Shown in pieces: positions 21,772 through 32,435 of a DNA stretch of 64,000 bases. The position numbers and the translations under genes are program-made. The notes beneath the pieces were generated by a model. It ran no database searches, was not told where the DNA came from, and was given only the letters and a program-made list of their open reading frames with translations. Source of the DNA: an uncultured Phycisphaerales bacterium (GTDB lineage: Bacteria > Planctomycetota > Phycisphaerae > Sedimentisphaerales > Anaerobacaceae); NCBI GenBank assembly GCA_963772725.1, contig CAVYYI010000001.1:128001-192000 (forward strand), written 5' to 3'. The stretch's first letter is position 1, and each line of letters opens with the position of its first letter.

Positions 21772-22957
21772 TTACTCTAATTTTATCCATTTCTTATCAT
21801 CAAATGAATCGGGAGCTTTAATAATGCGAAATGCCGGTTCCTTTTTACTTTTACCGGCTCCAAAGTCTTTGAAACCAAGTTGAATATTTAATTGTGCGAG
21901 CGATCGACATACTTCTTGCACATAACCGTTGGCTTTGTCCAAACAAAGGTATACATCCACCCAGCCCAATCGGTTATTTAGAGGCATTTCATGATGCAAG
22001 TAAGATACAATTTCATCTTCTTCTTCAAGCAACAATGCCGCAGAAAGTGGTTCATTCAAAATCAAAACTTTGTTTGCATCCATAGGAACCTCCGCGTCTT
22101 TACGAGTTGGAAATACTCTCAATCGGCAATTCCTAATTCGGCTGTGAATCTGTTCAATCCCTTTCACGCTAGTACAACGTTTACTTTTTTTATGGAAAAA
22201 ATCAGACCAGGGTCTTCTATCACACGTTAAACCAAAAAGAGCTTCTTCTTTTCTTCCATGCGTTTCTATGTACGAATCAATAATATGTATCTGTTCTAAA
22301 ATGTCTTCTTTGTTACCGTTAATAGTTTTAATTTCGTCTATTATATCTCGCGGGGGAGATAAAGTGTTTATGTATATGCATCTCCGTTCTTTGCCATTTG
22401 CTAAGTAGTCTTTCAATAGTCGATAACCAAATAAACGAAGATAATGCCGAGACGATCCTTCGACACAAATTGAAATACCAGTAGTTAATTGTTTTGAACA
22501 AATATTCTCTAATAAGGAAATCCCTAACAGTTCCTTCTCTATTTGGGGCAGTGGCGCACTCTTCCTATCTTTGCGATCAAGTTTTATCTGAGTAAATTTT
22601 TGCTCAATAGCCTGCCACAAGGATGTAGACATTATAGACTTAATGAAAGAAATAAGAATAATAATTACAGCAAGTAAGAAAAAAATGGTTCCCAAAAGAA
22701 TCATCCAATCGAGTAAATTTTCCATCCAAGAATTAGGAAATAACCGTAGAAGAAGGCTTCCTGCCAATGAGCCTCCCAAACTGATGATAGAAAGCAGAAG
22801 CAAACCAGAGACACCATAAAATAGATTGTTTACTGGCGCCAAATCGTTTATCCCTTAATAGAAAGGTAATTAACGCCAGCATTACGGTAGAACCAAGAAT
22901 TAGATTTCTCGCGATACCCGTCAGCATACTGAGGTGCTCAAGAAGATTGTTTGGCAT
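21772..22957 (-). CDS. Membrane protein with a degenerate RAD55/KaiC-like P-loop domain (probable frameshift near 22845)
   Basis: Hydrophobic N-terminal helices; LGISLLENIC...GISICVEGSS...CIYINTLSPP resembles the KaiC/RAD55 N-terminus but has no GKT. Confidence 0.45.
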
Positions 22958-23567
22958 AATTAGCTCCTTTTTGCTTATTATAGCCTGTCATCAAATACTC
23001 TATTCTTATTTTATTAATGAATATAACACTTTTCAATTGTTTTTACAATAGCACAATATAGTCGATGTATAACTATAATTAAAACAAACACTTATAACAA
23101 AAAAATAAGTGGAGGTTTTGCAAGGTTTTACTTATTCCTCCCGTGATATGGGGTGAGGGTATTCATCTATTTTCAGAAGACATTGCTACCATCCTGCGGA
23201 TATTTGGAAATCGCAACATGGATTGCTCATCGCCTGTTATCCCAAATACAATGTGGTCAAAATCAGGAACCTTGTCGACGACAACATCTCCCCAGGGCAC
23301 TATACAACTGTATTCAACTTTTTAGGATTTGTCTATTGCAATATTTGGCATATTTTATTCAGTGGATTTAGTTTGTTCACATGGGATTTTCTACCAGTGC
23401 TTCCTATTAAAAAAATCCAATGAGAACAAATTTTTGCCTATAAGGCATAGTAAAAAATAGTATATTTATAACATAACTCCATATATAATTGTGGGGCAGA
23501 CAGTGAAAGTTTCCCGGCTTTAGCTTCTTTGAAAGAGTTATTCTGTTTTACGGCAATTACTGACATA

Positions 23568-25645
23568 ATGGGAAAGACATTAATAAAATCAGACATGATT
23601 CAGGTAATACGCCTGATTAAAACATGGGCTCAAGACCATAATTTGACCGTCGCTGAAAAAAATCCGGCTAAAACTGATGTTTTGGGCGGCATTAAGAAAT
23701 ACCTTGAGTTCGAGGGTAAAGGCAGGTTTTACACGGTGGTGTGGCAGTGCCAGACTGTGAATGATGATATTGTTTTGAATTTGATACTAAAACCAAAACA
23801 ATATATTACCCTTATTCTTCACGCTTTATTATTTGGAGGACTCTTATATTCTCTACGTTTAATTCAAAACCTTCTCATACAATTCGACTATTCTGAGGTT
23901 TTTCTATTTTTGATGTTGGGTATTTTTTTACTTCTGACGATATGGTGGAAAGATAACCGGCTTTCGTTGAAACTTATCAGAATAGAAAAATCTTTTTGGA
24001 GTCTGGCAGGCCAGACCAATAACCTTTTGCAGCTTACTCGACTTCGAGCCATATCTATACTTATAAATACAGACTGGCCACGGAAATCTCGCTGACTTTT
24101 TGGGCTGTATATATTTGCACGCTAACCTTTGGTATTTGGGGTTTTGTAACCACTACAATCGTATGCTTCCTTGCTATAATCTTAGTAACTGCAGAAACCA
24201 TGCATAATGACGAACCGCAGTGGAGTTGGCGTTTCTGGATAATAAGCAACGTAGTTGCCTGGACTTTTTTAATGGTAGCGATACTTGGGTTATTTGTGGT
24301 TTTGTTTTCAGTGGAGATTTTCGCACCTCTTGAGATTTATAAAAACAAAAGTCCGGGGTCGCTCCTGCACACAATTAAGATGGGCCGGTTTAGAAATATT
24401 GTTCCTGCAACCTCTGAGTTTTTGGAAAGCGATTGTAGAAAATATTTTTACGGGTTAGCCGATAATGATTTTGTTCATCTTGAAAAAGTAGCAGACTCAA
24501 GACCTAAGGAAATAAAACCACAATGGGTTGAAGCAAGGACTCGTACTTATTGTATGGTCTTTTTAGTGATAATGATTGTCGCTGTTTGTTTCTTTTCAAT
24601 CAGGCCCTTATATTCGCTTTTTAAAAAGCAAAATGTTTGCATAGATAAAGTGAATAAACTAGCAGTGCAGCAAGGTCCCTATGTTCCTTATCTGCCGCAG
24701 GCATGGAAATGGGAATTTCCAATTAGTCTACGAACATTAATTGTTACCCACTGGATACTCGGAGGTATATTTAATTTTGCAGTTGCTTTATTGTGCATCG
24801 ATGGTTTGGGCTATCTGTTTGTAAGTCATGCGATTTTTTTTGATAAAACCGCCAATCTATGGTCATGGATATTTACATCGGGTAAGGTCTTATTCGGCGC
24901 TGTTTTTGGCCATATTGCTGGAGGAATTTTTGTAATAGTAGTCAGCCTTCCTTTATTATTTTTACTTATGACGTATCTTCGACGATTTACCTTGATGTTG
25001 TACCTTCTTCTCAGAGTATTGCGCACTTTTCTTAATCGCCGGCATATTACGAACAACAAGCTTATATTTATTAAGGATTACGCTCAGCAGATATGCTTAA
25101 AGCATCACCTTGATACCCCGATAATCGTCCTGATTCCGAAAAGGAACTTTGCATTAAATATTCACTGGCTGCCTGTTATTAAAAGGCCAATAATAGAATT
25201 AACACAAGGCTCAATTGAACTGCTCGAAATCGAAGAATTGAAGGCGGCCATAGCTCATGAACTGGGGCACATAAGGCAGGGTCTCTGGAAAATCAGTACG
25301 CTCAAACTTTTATCATCTCTCGCTTTATTCCCAAATTATTATTTAACGCTATGCGTAGACTGGGCCAGGAAAGAAATAGAAGCAGACAGATTTGCTTTGG
25401 ATGTAACTAAGGATGCACAATCTTTAAAACAGGCGCTGATTAAAATATCAACGGCTCAGCTCTCCTATTCCATATCGCCTAAAAAAGATAATACTTGTTA
25501 TAGGAAAAAGATTCTTCTTAAATTCGCTGAAAAGTTTAATTCTATTCTTGTTTCTGTAAAATTTTTCTTTGGTGATGGATTATTTGGCTATACCCACCCG
25601 TATCTGTCAGAAAGACTAAGGGCAATTGATGCAAACGATATATAA
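23568..25645 (+). CDS. Polytopic membrane protein with C-terminal M48/M56 zinc metalloprotease domain (frameshift near 24050)
   Basis: ELKAAIAHELGH, EIEADRFA, THP..SERL; the 24200 frame is open upstream (YKYRLATEISLTFW...) and overlaps the 23529 ORF. Confidence 0.75.
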
Positions 25646-26525
25646 GAAAGGAAACGGCATTATGCATATCGAAAAGGATTTGTGGTTAATCGCAGCCAGA
25701 ACTGTAGCAAGAAAATTTATTGCAAGTAATTATTCCGATGAAGCACCGCTATTCGATACATTCTGGCAGGCATTTTCTTTCAAGATAAATGAGGCACTCA
25801 GGGATGGAACCGCCGGCCAATTGACTCTCAAACAAACAAGTCAGACCATTACAGAAATCTCTATCGCAAAAGGATACGCTCTTGACTTAATGACCCCGGT
25901 TATAATAGGCACTATTACCGAAATCATGTATGAGATGAGAACAAGGCGATTATCTGCAAATGAATTAGAAAAGCTCATTGGCTCTGCCGCTGCACACCAG
26001 GGAGCAAAACCCAGCCTAACGGCGTGTCTTATCAGACACCTTCCGCAATTATGCAGCGAACTATCATCCTGTAAAGAAAATGCAAGTGAAGCCGTCATTT
26101 CTAAAGGTCCGGTCTCAAGATATCGAATATGGACGGCCGGCAAAACTATGATTGTTAACAGCATCGATGAATACGAAAAAAATAAGGCAAAATATTTGTT
26201 TTGGATTGACGTTGATGAAAAACCATATATCTCCCGTATAAAGCCCGAACAAAGAATAGGGCCTCAGGCCGTAAAACTGCTTTTATATCTAATTGAAAGG
26301 CTTGGAGCACCTATTCCTAAAGAAACTGTTTTGAGGGATCTCTTTAACGCTAAGAACAGAGATATTAAGGATACTGATATAAATAACATCGAACAGCAAT
26401 TTACCAAGCTCCATCAGTACTGCGGAGGCCAGTTCCGCAAATACCTCTTTGCCAATCATAAAAATGGCTACGGCCTTAAAAACTTTTTTGCTGACAAATA
26501 CTTTATTTATGAAAGATTAAGATAG
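25629..26525 (+). CDS. Protein with C-terminal OmpR-type winged-helix DNA-binding domain
   Basis: KLLLYLIERLGAPIPKETVLRDLF...NNIEQQFTKL...NGYGL; overlaps the protease stop codon. Confidence 0.6.
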   Translation: MQTIYKKGNGIMHIEKDLWLIAARTVARKFIASNYSDEAPLFDTFWQAFSFKINEALRDGTAGQLTLKQTSQTITEISIAKGYALDLMTPVIIGTITEIMYEMRTRRLSANELEKLIGSAAAHQGAKPSLTACLIRHLPQLCSELSSCKENASEAVISKGPVSRYRIWTAGKTMIVNSIDEYEKNKAKYLFWIDVDEKPYISRIKPEQRIGPQAVKLLLYLIERLGAPIPKETVLRDLFNAKNRDIKDTDINNIEQQFTKLHQYCGGQFRKYLFANHKNGYGLKNFFADKYFIYERLR

Positions 26526-26564
26526 CCTACCTTCCGAATGTCCTGAAGTCATATCCGTGTTCGG

Positions 26565-27167
26565 TCATCTTGCCTTCGGCGACAATACACGGGCACGAAA
26601 CGGCAGACTTACTTCTTCCAATAAATGCTGTGCATCTTTATTGAATGCCTTGATATTTTTGTATTGACTGTTTGAGATTACTTCCAAGCCGCTTTTTTGG
26701 ATTAAATTTGATAGGCACTTTTCTCCATATTTGCAATCCTGATATAAAGTTATAAGCAGCCTGCGCCCTGATTGGTCTTTTTTAGGGCTTTTCAAATCAT
26801 AGCCTTTTTCCCACTGCCTTGGTTTAAGTAACCATGCTTCGCTACGTGCATAACCTAATTGTTTTTTTGCCATGTTCTTATGAAATATTCCCCTTGTGTT
26901 ATATGCAATATATTCAAATAAGGCATCTTGGTCCCATCTATTCCAGTCATATGGTCTTTCCAGCAAGGATTTTCTTTCATTTTCAGGTATAGCATCTATT
27001 TCCTTTGCCACTTCTTCGGCGGTTTGAATCAGAGAATACTTGTCCGGTAAATAGCCGTCTATCAGAGTAGTTTCCATATCTGAAACGATACCGGTGTAAG
27101 TTTGTATTGCCATATAGCATTTAGGATACGAGGGTTTATAAACTTTACCCTTTTTTGCCATTAACAA
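26565..27167 (-). CDS. Hypothetical protein
   Basis: 200-aa open frame; no recognisable motif. Confidence 0.55.
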   Translation of the reverse strand: MLMAKKGKVYKPSYPKCYMAIQTYTGIVSDMETTLIDGYLPDKYSLIQTAEEVAKEIDAIPENERKSLLERPYDWNRWDQDALFEYIAYNTRGIFHKNMAKKQLGYARSEAWLLKPRQWEKGYDLKSPKKDQSGRRLLITLYQDCKYGEKCLSNLIQKSGLEVISNSQYKNIKAFNKDAQHLLEEVSLPFRARVLSPKAR

Positions 27168-27565
27168 GTGGTAACTAATATCAGACGCTTCCTAATACCC
27201 TCAACAAGGATTTACAAAAGCTGAACGGCGGGTATGAAAAATTCAGCATCGGTTCAATAGTTTTTTAAGAAAATATATCTTAAGGTATATACATGAATGA
27301 AATTACGAATGCAAAAGTGAAATTTGGTATAGATATCGAAAGGGCAAGAAAATGGAAAAAACGAAATATACAAAAAAGTTGGCTTTTAAGGTGCTATTAA
27401 CTAATGGTGAAAGGCAATCCATAAACAAAATCCCTCCGATTGAACCTCCCCGCTTAAAAACCAAGCCACAAGAATGTCCCTTTGGCAACGATTGGAATTT
27501 TATTTGGCACAGGTTTTTACAAGTACTTTAAACACGGTTCAGGAAAATAAAGAGGTGGATACCAA

Positions 27566-27742
27566 ATGATTAAACGTGGAATAGTAAAAACAATAATTGA
27601 CCTTCTTAGATACTCGGTAAGGAGTATATTTCTGGTTACGATGATTTTCCTGGCTCTTTTTATCTGCTGGTTTTGTTTTCATTTTTTGCTCCAGCTCATG
27701 GATTTTTGTATGTTTCATTATTTTTCAGAAAAATGGTATTAA
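27566..27742 (+). CDS. Small membrane protein (58 aa, not in ORF track)
   Basis: GAGGTG RBS; MIKRGIVKTIIDLLRYSVRSIFLVTMIFLALFICWFCFHFLLQLMDFCMFHYFSEKWY; ends 10 nt before the next gene. Confidence 0.6.
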   Translation: MIKRGIVKTIIDLLRYSVRSIFLVTMIFLALFICWFCFHFLLQLMDFCMFHYFSEKWY

Positions 27743-27752
27743 GGGAAAACTT

Positions 27753-28205
27753 ATGCCGGACAACAACCAAAATAATTTTATAAATGACCTGTTAAACCTG
27801 TACACTACCAGGGTTCACAGGCAAAGCCACAGGCAGCGGGTTTTGGGAACCAACTGCAATAGAACCGTCGATGAAGTCGTTGATGATACTGGAATAGGGC
27901 AAGATAATGAGACAGACAATCGGATTGACGATGGCATATTTATTTTAGATTGCGGCCATCCTGCAAGGAACAACGTTGGCGGGCAATGTCATTATTGCGA
28001 AAGTGTTGTCTGCAGAGGTTGTATTTCAATATGTTCATCCTGCGGCCATGCAATCTGTAATCTCCACAGGGTAATGGCCAACTTCGACGGCGATGTTAAG
28101 CCTTATTGCCGCACCTGCGCTGAAGAAATATACAGAAGCCTGCGGCTTCGGGCATGGGGCAATGCAATTTTATCGTTTTTCATTTCATCGGATAGGAACA
28201 GATAG
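27753..28205 (+). CDS. Cys/His-rich multi-zinc-finger protein
   Basis: CGH, CHYC, CRGC, CSSC, CNLH, CRTC within about 60 aa; hydrophobic C-terminus. Confidence 0.7.
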   Translation: MPDNNQNNFINDLLNLYTTRVHRQSHRQRVLGTNCNRTVDEVVDDTGIGQDNETDNRIDDGIFILDCGHPARNNVGGQCHYCESVVCRGCISICSSCGHAICNLHRVMANFDGDVKPYCRTCAEEIYRSLRLRAWGNAILSFFISSDRNR

Positions 28206-28207
28206 CA

Positions 28208-30190
28208 ATGTTTACAGAAAATCAAAATTTTGACCCAACAGAACTTCTCAGGCGAGCAGCCGAAATAGGTATTACAGGTTCAGATTATTATAAGCTCAGA
28301 ATCCTGTTTGCCAAAGGTTATGACCCAAAAATTTATGCCTCGTTGAATTCGAGTATCTCATTTCGTGAACTCAAACAGTCTCTGAATCAAATGCCGTTTG
28401 AAACTCCCTGCAATATGGAAGGCAATATCGTTCTTGGCCGAAATTCCGGCGGCATTAGCCGTTATCAGTCCCATTACGCTCCTACGCATCTACTCGGTAT
28501 CGGGGCAACCGGCGTCGGCAAAAGTATATTCCTTATATTTTTGTTACTTCAGTATCTGCTTATAGCCAAGGGAATCTGGATTTTCGATTTTGTTAAACGT
28601 GAGCTGCGGGGATTCAAAAGATTAGCAGGCCGGGCTGGCTATAATGTGATTGTTTGCAGGCATGAATGGCTCAGGATTAATATCCTCGACCCTCAGGGTA
28701 CTGACCCATCATTGTATACAAATATTTGTGCAGAGTTTATAACACTATCCCTTGGACTTCCTGCCGTTGCCAAACACATTTTAAAACTCTGCATAACCTA
28801 TCTATATGAAAAATTCGGATTATTTAATAACCCAAAGGCCGACCCTCCAATACTGGCAGAACTTGTAGAGCAGGTACGGCACTTTGAAGGCAATAAGGCG
28901 GCAAAGGATGCCATCCTCATACGTCTGGAGGCATTACTATCCAATAAAAGGCAAATCTTCAGCGTAAGGCGAGGATTCCCTGTAAGTGAACTGGCAAAAA
29001 AGTTCATAGTCTGGGAATTCGACGGTATCGAGATGCAATACCAAACCCTTTTTGTTTCCTACCTGACAAGCATGTTATTTTTACTTAGAGTTTCTAATCC
29101 ATCTAAAGAATTAGTTATCGTTGCCCTCGATGAGGCAAGTCACCTGTATTCCAAAAGGGCCGAATCTGCAGCCGAAGGGCCATCATATATAAATACTATG
29201 ACCAATGTTGTGCGAAAAATGTTTATTGCGTTATTTGTCTTTACCCAGACTTGCTTTGATTTATCGAATTCGATTATCGCAAATAGCGGCATTAAGGTTC
29301 TATTTCGCGTGGGTACTGCCCAGGATTATGAAATTTTCGGCAGGGCAATGGGCCTGAATTCTCAACAGATCCAGTGGTGTAAAACCAATCTTACTGAAGG
29401 AAGCCAGATAATTAAAACAGGTTTTGGCTGGCAGCGGCCTTTCTTAAATAAAAGCCCTCTTATTCACATCCCGGAAGACGTCAGCGATATCGAGGTGAGA
29501 GATAGTGTCCAGCCGTTATTAGACATGATTACTAAACCATCGGCGCCGGTTATATTACTTCCGGCGTCCATATCACAAACTACCAATACCTGTCCTAAAG
29601 AGAGTTTGGCTGCAGACCAGGAGTCTTTGCTTAATCAGCTCAAAGCAAACCCGGATATTACTTCAGCAACCGTACACTACAAAATGGCGGGATTAGGTAC
29701 AAAGCAAGGCACCGCCGCCAAACAATCTTTACTGTCTAAGGGTTATGTAAAGGAAACCCTTCTTGAAAGCGGCAGGCGAGGCAGGGCTGAGCTATTCCTT
29801 GAACCAATAGAAAATGACGCCGGCAGGTTAGGCAGTCGTCTTCACAGGCTACTTCGCCGAAAGGCCCAAACCTGGTATGAGCATAAAAACTGTACTACGG
29901 AAATTGAAAAAAGCCTGACTAACAACGGTCAGCAGGTGTTTATTGACCTGGCAGTTACCTGGCCTGATGGAAGGACTGAGGCGTTGGAGGTTGAAACAGA
30001 GGTAAGCCAGCGGGCTATTGAGAATATAAAGAAAAATCTGGCCATTGGATTTGAAGTTATCTCAATCCTTACCCCCAATCGAAAGACAAGAGACGCCATA
30101 AAAAAGCGTATGGATGGCGAACTATCTAACGGAGATTTAAGCAGGATTAAATTTCCCGCTATGTCGTTTTATGACAAGGACTTAAATTGA
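28208..30190 (+). CDS. HerA/FtsK/VirB4-like ATPase with C-terminal wHTH and PD-(D/E)XK-like domain
   Basis: Walker A GATGVGKS, Walker B VALDEA, FTQ motif; C-terminal IDLAV...ALEVET. Confidence 0.75.
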   Translation: MFTENQNFDPTELLRRAAEIGITGSDYYKLRILFAKGYDPKIYASLNSSISFRELKQSLNQMPFETPCNMEGNIVLGRNSGGISRYQSHYAPTHLLGIGATGVGKSIFLIFLLLQYLLIAKGIWIFDFVKRELRGFKRLAGRAGYNVIVCRHEWLRINILDPQGTDPSLYTNICAEFITLSLGLPAVAKHILKLCITYLYEKFGLFNNPKADPPILAELVEQVRHFEGNKAAKDAILIRLEALLSNKRQIFSVRRGFPVSELAKKFIVWEFDGIEMQYQTLFVSYLTSMLFLLRVSNPSKELVIVALDEASHLYSKRAESAAEGPSYINTMTNVVRKMFIALFVFTQTCFDLSNSIIANSGIKVLFRVGTAQDYEIFGRAMGLNSQQIQWCKTNLTEGSQIIKTGFGWQRPFLNKSPLIHIPEDVSDIEVRDSVQPLLDMITKPSAPVILLPASISQTTNTCPKESLAADQESLLNQLKANPDITSATVHYKMAGLGTKQGTAAKQSLLSKGYVKETLLESGRRGRAELFLEPIENDAGRLGSRLHRLLRRKAQTWYEHKNCTTEIEKSLTNNGQQVFIDLAVTWPDGRTEALEVETEVSQRAIENIKKNLAIGFEVISILTPNRKTRDAIKKRMDGELSNGDLSRIKFPAMSFYDKDLN

Positions 30191-30263
30191 TTTTCTGGTT
30201 TGCTTACATAGCACGGGAAAATAAAAAAAATAGAAAAATAAAACATTTGAAAGGTTTAGACTT

Positions 30264-30479
30264 ATGGGAATTCGATGGAACAATATTTTTGGACTAATGC
30301 TGCTGATTTTTGGGATTTATCTATTTTTGAAAATGCGGCCATTTTTCAAAAATGCCTTCGAGGATATTAACTCAGCCCCCTATCGTCACGGTAGTCCCAT
30401 TTATGGTCTTGCCATTTTAGGCGTTCTCTGCATTACGGTGGTAGCGGTAGTAAAAATCCTATCAGAAAGAAACCGGTAA
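30264..30479 (+). CDS. Small two-TM membrane protein
   Basis: AAAGG RBS; two hydrophobic segments in 71 aa. Confidence 0.6.
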   Translation: MGIRWNNIFGLMLLIFGIYLFLKMRPFFKNAFEDINSAPYRHGSPIYGLAILGVLCITVVAVVKILSERNR

Positions 30480-30510
30480 TTGTTTAAGGCCCGACCAGCC
30501 ATAAAGAGGT

Positions 30511-32165
30511 AAGACTTCTGCAAAATGAATGATTTTTAGCAGAGGTCGGAACGGATAAACAACGCAATGGCAGTGGAACTGATGGATTATTGCAGCATGA
30601 GTGTGAATTTTGGTTTTTTTAAGGCCAGAAGGCCTGTTTAGAGACAGAGTATCCCCGAGAGTTCTGTCTTAGCTCTTTGAAAAGTTAATCGTTCAACGTC
30701 AACTGAGACATCAGCCGGCCTTGCGTCGGTTTGGTATTTGTGCGAATGTTTTATGGCAACGCATTTTCCCGGGCTGTTTAAGCAATATAGCAGCGGCAAC
30801 GCCGATAAGACTTGCCGTCAGATGAGCGATTGTCATCTGATTACGCACGGTTTTCAATGAATAGTGCGTAGTCTGTTCAGCTTCACGGTCTCCTAACCGA
30901 GCAAAGTATTGCTCGACTGATTCTCTTTGCTTGAAAGTTTCCTTAAATTCCCTTGAATCCCTTGGGACACGCGAACGTGCATCTTCAGTGATATCAATGT
31001 ACTTGGTACAGCCGTAGCATTTGCCGGTATTGAAGGATGGAAGGTTTACCGGACAGGTGTTACTAAGTTTTTCAGCAGTCTTTTTGCTGACCTTTAAGGG
31101 GCAGCGAAACTTGATGCGTTCACGATTGCCCTCGGTCCATCTTCCGGTCGACCTCATTTCAAGACCAGCATCACAGATGGGACAGCCGTGAGGGCCAAAA
31201 GTCTTGTCATCTTTCTGATTTCTTGGGTTGATTGGGATATATGGGTTTCCCTTCATCTTTCCAACTATAAAGGTGTACAGGTCTCTGACATCGTAGGCCT
31301 TATCCGCAAGAAACAGAAAGCCTTTTCTGACCCTGTATCTGCGTTTGAGTTCTTTAAGCAGCTTGAAGGCAACCTGCTGGTCTGTGGTGTTGTTTGGCAG
31401 AGTTATTTCAACAAGCGATATTCCTTGTTTTGAGATTATGACATGTGTCCTGTATCCCCAGAAGAACAGCATGTTTTCCTTTTTGCCGTTGAGGACCTGA
31501 CAAGAATAATAGCTCAATGTTGCAGCAGGATTTCGAGTGGGCGTCTTGGTTTTATCGGTGGTGTTTCGGGCGGGATTTTTGAGATTATTTTCTTTTGTGG
31601 CAGCCATAACAGGTTTGGAGTCAATGATCAAGGTATCAAGGCTGACTAATCCCTGTTCGATAAGCCGCTGATTTAGACGGTAATGAATTTCTTTGAGAAC
31701 AGAGTTATCGGTATCTGCCAAGAAACGATAGAATTGGGATTCGTCCGGCATATTCCCGAGCGTAAAGCCGCACAGTTCCAGCAGAGGCGGATTGGCTTGA
31801 AGATATTCGATAAGCTCAGGGACAGATTTTATTTGCTGAAGATGTTTGACGATGAGTGCCTCTCAGGATGGCATGTCGTGAGTGACCTGTTCTGCCGACA
31901 CCGAAGTTTCTGTCGGGCAGAATGGAAATATCGAGAGCCTGAAAGAGATAGAAGTACTTTCGCAGCAGCGATGAATTTCTGACAAGCTCCTGGAGGTCAT
32001 AAAATAGTGACGTTTGAACGTGGTACATAAAAAAATCTCCTTTATTTTGGTTGTAAGTCCTTTTACTGACAACGCTTACATAATATCCAAAATGGAGGAG
32101 ATTGCAAGAAAAATAATGACATAAGTCGTTATTTAACAAATATTTATGAATTTTACAAAAGGCTT
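30511..32165 (-). mobile_element. DDE insertion sequence (IS4/IS5/IS1182-like), 1655 bp, with 10-bp target-site duplication
   Basis: ATAAAGAGGT at 30501-30510 and 32166-32175; imperfect terminal inverted repeats AAGACTTCTGCAAAATGAAT / AAGCCTTTTGTAAAATTCAT. Confidence 0.88.
30711..32028 (-). CDS. DDE transposase (frameshift near 31860)
   Basis: IIDSKP, WGYRTH, ADKAYD, RESVEQYFARL; the N-terminus MYHVQTSLF... is in a different frame. Confidence 0.85.
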
Positions 32166-32195
32166 ATAAAGAGGTCAGAAAGGAGGTTAATAATT

Positions 32196-32363
32196 ATGCT
32201 TAATACAAACGGATATACAAATGTTGGCGAGAGTATACAGCCCGTGGTAATTAACCCTGTTCGGCATCTGCCTGTACTCTCGAGGTCATCGCAAGCCGAT
32301 GATATCGAAGTTATCAACCTTGACGATCCTCGCGAAAACGTCAAACCGACAACGTGGCATTAA
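32196..32363 (+). CDS. 55-aa peptide, candidate modifier/substrate of the downstream E2-JAB-E1 genes (not in ORF track)
   Basis: AGGAGG RBS at 32181; MLNTNGYTNVGESIQPVVINPVRHLPVLSRSSQADDIEVINLDDPRENVKPTTWH. Confidence 0.65.
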   Translation: MLNTNGYTNVGESIQPVVINPVRHLPVLSRSSQADDIEVINLDDPRENVKPTTWH

Positions 32364-32379
32364 AAACAGATTAAGAGCT

Positions 32380-32414
32380 TACCGGGCAGCCCGAATATCA
32401 AGGGTTGCCCGGTA
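32380..32414 (+). promoter_or_regulatory. 13-bp stem-loop between the peptide gene and the E2 gene
   Basis: TACCGGGCAGCCC-gaatatcaa-GGGTTGCCCGGTA, one G-U pair, no U-tract on the plus strand. Confidence 0.65.
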
Positions 32415-32435
32415 TCAGAAAAAAGGAAAAGAAAA

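Noticed and set aside
23100..23430. Short overlapping ORFs between the radical SAM cassette and the protease
   Set aside because: No RBS or motif, and stops interrupt the frames; at most unidentifiable gene debris
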